In this document: positions 20,001 through 32,000 of the stretch, one piece after another
How positions within the stretch are numbered: the stretch's first letter is position 1
How the letters are laid out: the number at the start of each line of letters is the position of its first letter
NCBI GenBank assembly: GCA_016932855.1
Contig: JAFGCB010000023.1
Span: forward strand, 4,825-68,824
DNA length: 64,000 nt
Reading direction: 5' to 3'
Source: Candidatus Omnitrophota bacterium
Lineage (GTDB): Bacteria > Omnitrophota > Gorgyraeia > Duberdicusellales > Duberdicusellaceae
Notes under the pieces: model-generated
Database searches by the model: none
What the model saw: only the letters and a program-made list of their open reading frames with translations
What the model was told of the DNA's origin: nothing
Position numbers and translations under genes: made by a program

Positions 20001-23000
20001 GAGCTCAACCCATCTTCCGACACCCCAAGCTCGATGCCCGTAACTGCCTCTTCTCCAATAGAATCTGAGCTTTGATTATTTCCTGGAAATTTCCTAAAAC
20101 CCCATAAGACCGCTGGTACATATAGAGCCACACCTAACAAAAATCCTTCTATGCTTGCATGCCATGGTAAATAAAATAAGTTATAGGAAATACCAATCGG
20201 CAATAATATCTTCGCCCAATTTCTTACTTTCGTCTTCTCTGCCGAGTTAGGTTTCTTATATGTCATATAAAGTGAATAGACCATAAAAGGAGGGCCTAAG
20301 GCTCCTACAAGAAGGTTTTGGGTAGTAAAACTTAAGGGAAGAGAGAATATTATGCTCAAACCTATACCATAATACGGCCAAGCTGTGATAATTGTTTTAC
20401 GCATGTTAGGAATCTTGTCTTTTAATATAGTTACAACCCCTCTGTTTTTATTTTCCGGTAAGCTTTTCTCAACTAAACTTTGCATAGAAAAAATAAGAAA
20501 AAGAGAGACTACTGCTGTAGTAATCTGATCAGCACCGCCAAGCAAAACGCAAGGCAAAGAACTTTTTAGCCATATATTATAAGTACAAGGCCAAAACCAA
20601 CCAAAGAAAAAGAAGGTTAATCCAATAGTAGCACCTAATCCCTTAAAATTAAACCTCTTTAGATTTAACAGCTGGCCGGAAATATCTGCTATGGCTCTAA
20701 AAGTAAGAAAACTAACAAAGGTCCTCAAATTAACAAACCCTATAAATCCTGGAATATTCACTGAAGCAAATAATTCACCTAATGGTATTTTAGGCACGTA
20801 CTGTAAAAGATAGAATGAAATACCTATAACTGCAGTTGTTATAGCAACTACGGGGATAGTTTTACGTAATCGCGTTAGCTGGTTAGAATTATAGTCAATT
20901 TTTTTAAGGGGCGAGCTGATGATTCTCTCGGTTTGCGGTTTGCGGTTTGCGGTTTGCGTAAAGGATTCATTTCCGGAAATTGGGCTTGAGGCATTTTTGT
21001 TTTTATCCCAAAACTTAGATTTTATTGGTGAAGAAGTTAATCCTTTTATGGATTTGGCAGGGCTTGATAAAGATATGCTTATTGGCGGAGCATTGCCAGA
21101 TAAACCTCTTTTAACAAACCAATTATTTAAAGGAGAGCTGATTATTCTTGTTTTATTTGATAGCTTTTTTCGGCTAAACACATAAGGAACTTCTACTACA
21201 TCACCCTCACTTAGCGTCTCATGGTTTAAATCATCACCATCTCTACCAATGGACGCATCTAAAGAATAACTTCTTAATATAGGAAACTTCTTTTTAATTG
21301 CATAGCTTTCTCTGGCTAAAGACGCCCAAGCACCTCTACGAAGAGCTTTTTCAAGCGGAACAGTAAAATCGTAATCCATTACTGCCTGATAAAATCCGAC
21401 TAATATAAAGGCTCTTCTATCTTCCGGTCTAAAACATCTATACCTATATGCACTCATCCAAACAAGTCTTTCTATAAGGCTTCTATGAATTCTACATAAA
21501 ACATCAAAAGCTCTGTGTTCGTTTTGCTTAATAAGTAAAATTAATTGGTGCGATTGCTTACTTAATATTCTATCAAAATTAAGAAAAGGATTTTCTAAGA
21601 TGGATGTATCTATTTTTCTACTGCGTAGAGAATTATTCAACTTCTCGATTCTAAGTTGCCTTGTCCTAGGAGAAGGAGATTTTTTCTTCAAAGAAACCCA
21701 ATCAGCATTATCTTCGAGATTAACAAACCATATACCTGAAAATTCACGAGTTCCTCCGCCGCCGCCACCAAAGAGAGTAACTTTTTGCCCTGCTAATTTC
21801 TTGTCGTGTAAATCGTAAACAATTGTATTAGGACTATGATTAAACTTACTTGCCACTTCAGATGTAGTTAAGTAACTAGGATTAGTATAGATTTCATACT
21901 GCCTGTGGATTTCTTTTACGATTTTAAGAAAATCATATATATCTATTCCCTTAAATCTAGACTCAGAAGAACTTAAGCTTAGTAACGTATCTTTTAAGAT
22001 ATTTCTTCGCTTGCCGAATTCTTGATTTAGTATTTCAGAAAGTATGTAACGTTTAGGGTTTTTCACCAATTTATAAAAAACTGCCTTATAAATATCGCAA
22101 ACACCATATTCATTTATAGCTTTCTTAGCTTGCGGCAAAGGGATAATCAAAGCCTGTTCTTTATTCAAACTATTCAAGGCATCTACTGATATGTACCATC
22201 TTCTGCCCGACTTCTTTACTCCCAATCTTTTCCTCATCGAACGTTTTCTGTTTAACATATTAGAAAAAACGCTTCTGTTAACTCCCAGCACCAAGGCAGC
22301 TCTAGAAAGAGTAACAAACCCAGAAGCATTATCATCCTTAACAACTTCTGGCTGTAGAGCGCCTATCCACTCTTGATCAATTGATAAATTTCTTATAACA
22401 GCCTCCAAAACATTAATTCTTTGCCCCTTAACCCTAACCCAAAAATTCTTGTTATACCTCTTATCTGGTATACTTCTTAATGGTGAACTAACTATAGATG
22501 CTTCATCGAATAACTCAGCGGCCGTATATCCTGCTTCAAAGATTATTTTTTTTCTAGTAGAGCTAATACGTTTTGCTAATATTTCTTCTGGCTGGGATAA
22601 AGATCCTTCTCCGTCAAGCTCATGAACTAACCATTTATCCATAAGCGCTTTTGTTTTGCTAGAAACTTCATTTTCAAATCTCTTTAGCACTCCTTCAAAA
22701 TAAAAACCATTTAAGTTATCTAGAATTCTAACACGCAAATCTCTATTCAAATCCTTTAGAAAATCTATAAGAGCAAACTCTAACCAAAGAGGCGCTCTCC
22801 TAGCTCTAGTTCTTAGAGTATTAATAACCATAGATACCCAATCAAAGGCAATCCAATCTTTACTACCAATAACCTTATGTATAAGCGCATTAAGCGCGAC
22901 AGTTTCTTTATCTTCTCTAAAATAAATTTTCTCTAATAACGACATAAGCTCTTCTTTCTTTTGCGATTTATTCCAGCTGGGATTAAACAACATAGACATA

Positions 23001-26000
23001 TATCCACAAACAAGCTTAAATATGACTTCAACCGCGCTTAAATAAGCTTTGGATTCTTTCCCCGGGTTAACAATGTGTTTAATAAACTGTATCTTACTCT
23101 CTAGGATTTCAATTAATACTAAAGTATGCTCTCCAGATTCAGAATTTATATTTAAATTATTAATTATGTAATTTAAATAGTGCTCGCCACCTGAACCACT
23201 ATAATCTAATAAAAGATCTCTTAAAATACCTCTTTGGGTTTTTACTCCATTACCAAAAATAGCAACTGGTGTAGTTAAATCAAAAAATTCTTGCTCTCCT
23301 ATATCATCACTAGCTATGTCCGGCATGCCCTCTTCGTTGGTCCAAAGCATTGCTTTCTCTAACATAGACTTACCAAGATAGTACTTTCTTCTTTTACCTC
23401 TAACATTTAAAGACAACCGTTTCTTTACAAGAGGAATCCCTTTTATCATTAAATCAGGACCAAACCGTGCCCTAAGCTCCTCTAAAGATATTGTTAAACT
23501 TGCACAGTTAAAAACAATTTCTTCAGTTATTGGTTGGTGCACTGTAATGCGCGAAAACTTCTTTGGGCTTCCTTGCTGACCAAATTCACTAGCATTTTCT
23601 GAAAGTTCATTCCTTTGCTTATACTCAAGCAATATAACCTCTGACCCATTAACAGCAAAATTCGCCTCTAATAAGCTCCCTTCTTTAAGGCTAACTGATA
23701 CAGGATAAACTTTACAGAAATTAATAAGATTCCAAGTCTTATTGTGCCTTACGGGAAGATGTCTAACTCTTACCCGCTTAGCCCCAGCCTCTTTTAACAA
23801 CTTAAACATCTTTTTGCTTTTAATGTTAACTGTGCCTGGATTCTCTCTGCTGATAGTCATAAGTAGTTTCCATTCGTTAGAACTATTGGTTGTATATTCA
23901 ACGCGAATAAAATCATCGAAAGTTGTAAAATCAGAATCTACCCCAAGAGAAACTACTCTTATCGGCCAGCCATCTATTAACCAAACAAGCAAACGAGCGT
24001 TACTAAATGGTGTAAAGAAACCTTCATCTCTACCAGCATCTATAAGAAATTTTCCGTTTGAATCAGTTGGCACTCCGGCAACAAACCCAGTCCAAGCTAT
24101 GCGTCGTAAATAAGAAATACTGCTAAAATCTAATTTATAGATGTTTCCTTCGCGATCATACACTTCAAAAGCAATCTCTAACCTTGGATTGCTTCGATCA
24201 AAGGCAGACTTTGACATAGCCCTTAAAAGTGGGGGTTGACCATTGTCTTTTTTCGCTAAGAATAACCGAACTGGCCCAGGAGATTGATGATACACTCCGT
24301 AGTTATGATTAAAAAGCCAAACGGTACTGACTGAAGTCGACTTACTAGCAACCGTAGTTGATTTTCCTTCAAGTACCAATAAATCATGTTCTCCAAAAAA
24401 TTTATTTAAGTAAAACTTTAACAACGCCACTGCTTCTTTTTTCTTTTTTCCTGCATATTGATAATCCCGCTGATGATAAAGAATATTTCCCTTCATGTCT
24501 AGAATTAAATGGTGCCCCCTGGCAACCAAATCTTGTCGCTTAGATACCTCGCCTCTTCTTCCTATTCCGGAATAATTAGAACGTGGACGATTATGATGGG
24601 TATCTTTTAAAACCTTAATGAAATTTCTCTCCCAAGGTTTAACGTCAAACTTATCAGATAGAATATTCTTGGCGCTTGTCGTAACTATCGGACTAGAAGC
24701 TTTCTCGCTTTTATCGCTAAATAATTTCGCTGTAAGTTTTTCATAATCATCCGGCCTAGGATTTACAAAATGCCAATTCATAACAGCTAAGATATCATCT
24801 GCCTGCTCTTCGGTAGCACCAACAAATACTACACCCAACGTATCCCCGATCTCTAAGTCGCGTAATGCTGAAAAGCCTTGCCTTTCAATATTTTTAAATA
24901 CAATCTCTGAAGATTCAGGAAAGACTGTCTTACACGACAGAAGAGTTATTTTTATACCCCATTTTATTTTTATCCTTTCTGATAAGTAACCTAAGCCCTG
25001 GGATATGCAGAAACGTTCATCGGTTAAATCCCTTTCCACTGTAATCTGCCTAAATTCTTGCTGCTCTAAATCTAAAGTTACAAAAGTGTTTGAATCACTT
25101 TTGTAACTTTGTGCCAGGGGCGAGCTGATTGGCTTGCCATCAACGAAATAAATAGAAGGGTCCCTTTTTTCCAATCTATTAAGCACTTCGCCTGCCCTTT
25201 TGACTACAGATTGGGGCAAATCTCCACTTAATCTCCATATCTTATTAAAAGACGCTAATCTCTCTATTTTTGCTGTACAAAAGCAATTACCTATATCTTC
25301 CAACACAGCAAGCGAAAATAGGATAACTTCAGAGCTCGTATCATCCAAAGCTTTACGGTAGAATACATTTCTTACTCTACTCAGGTAAATTTGCCTATCT
25401 GCATCCGGCAATTTATTATAAACATTCCATATAACCTGATATAACTTTAACCTTCTTTGACTTGTAAGTATAGCTTTGCCGTAATGGAATTTTTCATGCG
25501 AAACTTCTATGCCTTCAGCTACCGTTAACAATAACTCTAGGGCTTGCCGGCAAGGATGCTCTAAAGAATCATTAAGGTAAAGATCTACTACCTCCCATTT
25601 AGACTTTTCTAAAGAAGGCAGAAATACTTTCCCCATAACTTCAGTAAAATCACCTAATTCTGTCTGTATGCTGGTTAGCTTAAAGACCAAAGACTCTGAA
25701 ACCTTTTGGCCCAAAAAACTATCAACTATTATTCCTAACCAGGCAACAAAATCTTTTCTTAAAGAGCTGTCTATTGGAAGCTGCTCTATTTTATTGGACA
25801 AAGAAATGGCTAACTTGCAGAAATATAGCTTTTCAACAAGGTTAACATCTTTCTTTCCGGAATTAGATTTTATGCCGGAAAAAACCTTATTTAGTTCCGG
25901 CTCATCTTGAGCAATAATCACAGCTTCTTTCATACACATAAAAGACAAACGAATAAAAAAGTTCTTAAAATCTACTGCTTTTAGTAGGTGCTCTATTAAA

Positions 26001-29000
26001 CTTAACCTCTCCTCCTGCGATTTAGCCATAGAGCCTGCTACCTGCAAGCATCTATCGGCCATAGATAAATCACTTGCTGAATACGCTTTATCGGAATAAA
26101 CAAAAGCTATTAGTTTATCCGCTACCTTGTCTCTGTATATCTTCTCTAATTCTAATCCCTTCAACACCTTAAGAGCCTTAATTCTTATGAGCCTATCTGC
26201 TGGTTTATATGCATACTTGTTAAATCCCAATATACCTAAACTTCCTGCTATGGCCTCAAAACAGCCGAACAATATTTCCCTACTATAACCAGTAAGCCAC
26301 CCTATAAGCCTGGCTTCCTTAAAAGCAGGTAATAATGAGTCTTGAATAACAAGCAGGCTCAATTCTCCTAAAATGGCTACTCCGGATAAAACAATAAAAG
26401 TTTTACATATGATTTGCGTGAGCCTATCCAGCGATTGAATAAAACGGGAACGAATTAAGAGGCTTGAGCCCTTATCAAGATAATCTAAATAAAAAAGCAT
26501 TTTGGCGTAATTCGTCGCTCTCTTTACCACCGCTTCTTTACGGTAAACTTTATTACCTAAATTATTTGTAATTGAATTGACTATTCTTTCTATGTTTCCA
26601 TCGTAAATCACAGACAGTCTGTTTAAACCGAGCTTGTTTACATACCCCTTAAGCGTAGAATCGGAAGTTTTCTCATTCGCAGTCCAACCCGTCCTTAAAA
26701 TATCAACAAGGGTAAAAAAGTTTGCAAGAACCTCGAGTATGTTTTGGTTTTTAAGATACGGGAGCTCTCTTTTTACATACTCACTATTCGAACTAAGTAG
26801 CCCCGCTAATTGATCTTTTCCGTCTAAAGCATTATTCTTCTTGAGCAGGGGCGAGCTGATTGGTTTATCCTCGAGTGAGAAAATAAAAGCGTCCCCTTTT
26901 ACTGAACTTAATTTAATCGGGCTTGAAAACTTACCTTCGGAACTTACCTGTGCTTGCTCAATTGTAACCTCTGTCAATAATACAAGCTCACCGAATTCCT
27001 TGAATCCCCTCAAGGAACCGATATCGCGGAGCTGGCCAAAATGATTATCCTTTTCGTCTTTTGCTCTCCGGTTAAATTTAGTCCTGGGTTCAAAAACAAG
27101 AAAAATCACATTATTGCCGATAAGCCTTGCATAACCCTTGAAAGACCTTTTGGCAAAATAAAGACGCTTAACATCTGTGCCCCAAGCTGGCGGAATTTTA
27201 TGCCTGTAGTGCGGTTTATCAGGGCCTTCAATAAAACTTTTTACCTTTACTTCAATCTCTCTAATCGGAAATTTCTCTAGGACTTTCGCTTCAGTCCAAT
27301 TGCTATCAATAAACCAAACCTTGTATTCCTGCCTAATAGGCTGCTTTCGAGTTATTTCTTTTTTAGCCTTATACGAAGTCTCTAGATTTTTCTTATAATC
27401 CAGCAATGTCTTGTTATTTGCAATGTGATAGTTAAGCTTAAGCCAATTACTTATCACCTCAAACACAGTCTTAGAAAAAATATCAGCAACCTCCTCAACT
27501 TCTATCTCTTTCCCAAGCGCCTGGATTAAGCTCGTATAAGAAGGTGCTTCGCTGATTATCTCCTGCATTTTATCCTCAGTTATCCTTTTTAGCTTAGCTT
27601 TGACTTTCGCCTGCGCAGCCTTTTCTTCCCTGCTTACTACATGAATAACTGCGCTTTTGGGACTGCCTATGACAAATTCTGGCTTCTTTATAGTGGGCAT
27701 TATTGAAGCAGGCTTTACCTTAATAGACGACTTTATTAAAGGTCCCTCGCAACTTTTATTTTTACGAAGCATAAAAATTCTGATGAGCACTATTCCTGCG
27801 GCAAGGCCGCCGATTGATAAAATAAGTATTGGCCAAGTCTTAGAATCAGCGTGCTTCTCAGGCCCTTTCTCTTCCTGCATTAACCTAGCTTGTTCTGCTA
27901 CTAATGGTATTCTGTCCAACAAAATCGCCAACGATCCGATCGCTTGAGCAGGATTTTCTTTAAAAAGGTTGATATATTCCTTCATATATGAATACCTAAT
28001 ACAAAGTAAACATCCCTGCTCAGCGGTCATAACCATTCTCTCCCCGTCTATAACAAGACTCTGGTCATTGACAATCACAACCGCGAGGAGTTTCTTCAAA
28101 GATGCAGGCTTAGCTATAAGAATTGCCTCGGAGAGTAATTCAATCGGGTTTAGCTCTTTTACATATTGCTGATGTTCCTGGAACATTTGCTTAAGCACCG
28201 GACCGATAGGAAGACCTGTTGTCTTGCCGAAATAATTTTCCTTTTTGCTTCCTAAAAGCCAGTAATGATTCTCAATGCTGGAATCAGGCAAAATAATAAG
28301 TTGCTTAGCCTTTTTTACTGCGCCATCCTTACTCACCTGAATATTCAAAGTAGAAGGCGCAAGCAGGATAAGTGCTGATACTATGGTCAAAACCCTTGTA
28401 CAGCCTTTAATAGACGGGAAATGTTTGGCTCTAAACGAAGAGAGCGGCGAGCTGATCCCGTTATTAGCGGATAGTAGATTATCGTTATGAGCTTCACTGA
28501 ACGCTAAACGTCCTTCAACAAGTTTATGATTATCTACAGAAGGACCCTGAGTATTCCCGAAGGGCTCTTCGCTAACCGCTAAAGAAGCCACCGGCGAGCT
28601 TAAACCTTTATCGTCGTGCGTACCGCTCGTCCCGTGTCCCGAGACTTCGGGATTTACGGGACGTACTGCGTACCGTGAAGGTAAGCCGATAAAGGCAATT
28701 TTTCCACCAAGCCAAACAAATAATCCTAAGCCCGTAAGAAGACCGGGTAGTGGAATACAGCCGTACATACCGGACAAAAACCATTCCACAAGAGGACCAA
28801 AGCTAAGGGCAAATAAAATAGTGACTCCTAAAAAGCCAACAGTTTTATTCAATATCCTTGGATGGCTTAAGCTTTCCCAGATTAATCCGCCTATCCCAAC
28901 CGCCGTAGCTATATCAGCTATGTTTATAGAATAAGGAGAATTATATATATTCTTAAATATCTCCAGGTAATCTACCTGATAACCCAACGAAAGTGTTATC

Positions 29001-32000
29001 AAATGCGCAGTAAGCCCGCCTACAAGCAATCCGAATATCGCTTTTGCCTTGCCCTGGCCGATAAATTCCTTAACCTTATTCACCGTCCAAGCTGAAATAA
29101 TTAATACCCCGGCTGTAGCCAGAACATCGGCCAAGCTGATATGGCCTGAAAAAATATGGGTATTTATCTCAAGCCAGTTCTTTGCTAGTCCAAAATGCGG
29201 TTTGAATAAAGCTACCGTTAATTTTGTAATTAAATCAACACTTGCAACGACTGCAGCTATTACTCCGCCCTTTCTTATCCATCCATTGCTTCCAACCGGA
29301 CTGCTATCTATTGAGCTTGTCACCGGACTGCTGGATCTAGACTTAACTGCGATAGAAAAGTCGGTTTGTTTTTGACCTTCTTGAAAATAAGTAACTCCGC
29401 TATGAAACTCATCTTTGGACCAGAAGATTGCGTCGCCTTCGCCTTCATTGTATATAAATAGGCCGCCGTCTTTATTAGTGTTGCGAATAATCTTCCGGAC
29501 GAGCCCCTGATTAAGCTGAGGCTCTTTTCTAAAGAAATCCGTCAAACCGCGCATGGAAATAATGTCGTATTTTTCTTTAAAAACAAGGGTCCATTGCTCT
29601 TTACCAAATAAATCAACATATCTGTATTCAAAGCTAAAATCAATGCTTTGGTGTTTCCTGTTCTCTTTAAAAAGCCGGGCCTCTTGAAGATGCCACAAAG
29701 ATACATCATGCCCGATTACATCAACTTTCCAGTTTATCTTATCGATATCACCTTCTTTAAGTAGTGAATTTTTAATTACCCTCTCAAAGAATGAAAACTC
29801 ATAAAATTTAATTTTTCTATCATTTCCCACCCCGATAATTTTCAGCGATATATTAAAATCATTCCGTTCTTTCTTTATTTTTATTAGTTGCCCGATAAAT
29901 TTTTCAAGTTTCTTATCAGTTCTTGCCTCAATAGGCCAGGCATCACCGGACCAGCCTTTATTTAGTGCTAACCCCAGCCTTAAACCCAATAAAGTTAGCT
30001 CTCTCTCAATTTCTTCACCAGAAGGCTGCATAAGAAAATCCCTATATTCCTGCAAGTTAGCTTTTTGAGAATTCTCAGCTTTTAGTAACAGATAAGGCAG
30101 AAAATGGACTTCTGAAAACTCAGGAAAATATTCCACGCTTCTTCGAACATTGCCTGAATCTACAAGATACTCCATAATCTCTCTGGCTGTCTTTTCTTCT
30201 TCTGTAAGCGTCCTGCCTAAGTCAGCCCATAATATGTCCTTACCTAGCGGCGAGCTTATACGGCACGGATATCTGTAAACTATCGTAGCGGCGATGATAT
30301 TTTCGGATATGATTAGCTTGCCTATAGCAATTTTTTCTGACGGACTCTGCAAGACAACAGCAAAACGAGCCCCCGGTCTTGCCTGCCTCAGTAATACCAT
30401 TCTTAAATAGTGGTTTAAATCACTCTCTGATGGACAGCAATCAGAAAGAGTAAACCAATTCCTGGGACGACCCTTAAGTTCAAAGTTCCTAGAAGAAATA
30501 ATGCCGATAGAGTCGATTTTTCCCTCACGATACAATGAAAGCACTTTTCTAACAACCTCATCCAGACTTAAATTACATACGGGCTTACCCTGTTCCCCAT
30601 ACAATTTCAACGGCGAGCTTACCCCTTTTCCTAGAGTTACAAAAGTGTTTGAATCACTTTTGTAACTTTGTGCCAGGGGCGAGCTGATTGGCTTGCCATC
30701 AACGAAATAAATATAAGCGTCCCCATCTGTTACATAACTGCTTGAATAAGTTATGTAACAGATAGCGCACATAGTCAACCTTCCAGCAAACTTTGTTAAT
30801 GCGGTCTTAAGCGGGCTACTTACACTAATGCCTGTAATATCTACAATAACAGTAGCCATACCTATCTCCGTATCAGGTAAAACATCTTGATGCGGCTTTG
30901 TATAGCTAACGGTAAAACCGAAACGTATCTTGTCCTTGGCATACCCCGGAGTGGTACCGTAAAAAGCCGCTAACATCGCTATTTGACCACGTAACTCTGA
31001 ATCCAGGAAATCTCTGAAAAGCAGTGGATTATCTTCAACCTCAAAAACAAGCGGTGGTTCCGGCTCAAATAAATCATCTTTATACCTGTAGATAATCCGC
31101 ATTACATGGAACGGTTTTCTGCGATAGGAATCAAATAATTCTTGGACTATTCTTCCAAATGTAAAATCTGCTTCTGGAATACCGCTTTTACCACGCAGCT
31201 TCATAGGAGAGCTAGCGAAGGAATCTTTTAAGTATTTCGGCTTTAGCGGCTCCTCAGACCTACTAAGTGACGAGCTGATTGGCTTGCCATCAACGAAATA
31301 AATAGAAGCGTCCCCTTTTTTAAGCGAAATTCCGGTATCTATCTTTCTGCAGACAGCCCAGGAACTTGCATAACTCAATGAAGCTTGTCCTTGTGAAATT
31401 AATAGGCCCTCCCAGGAATTACTACTTAAGCCTAGCCTAGCCAGGTGCGACAGCTGAAAATACTTCTTAACAACAGCAACATCGAATTTGATGCCGGTCA
31501 TAAGCATAAACCCTTGCTCAGAGACATCAGTGTTAAGCTTGCTCCAAAACTTCTCCTCTTCAGCCATTACGCCCAGCCAGCCGGGGAAACTGACAAACGT
31601 CAAATCAACTTCTTCATCATCTCTAACAGCTTCCCGGCAAAAATAATCTAAGGGACGTAAGGCCAAATAAATCTGTCTGTTTGAACTTACTCTGACCGTC
31701 AAAACGCAAGTTTCTGTTTTCGTAAGCTTGTCTTTTATATTGGACGGTGTCTCAATAAGCTCAAAACCATAACCACTGGAAATAAGCGCGGGGAAATTCT
31801 GCCAGTCTTTACATATAGGGTCTACTAAAATAATCTTCTCAAGACTAGGAAACAAATTGACGATTATCCGCAAGTAATCTTTTCTCGGACCGTGCGCTAC
31901 TGACAAGGCGAGCTTGGGCTGAAACTTCTCTTTCTCAAAGAATCCCTGCAAGGATTGGTACCAGGGAAAATCAGAAAAGAAGTCCCAAATATAACCGCTA

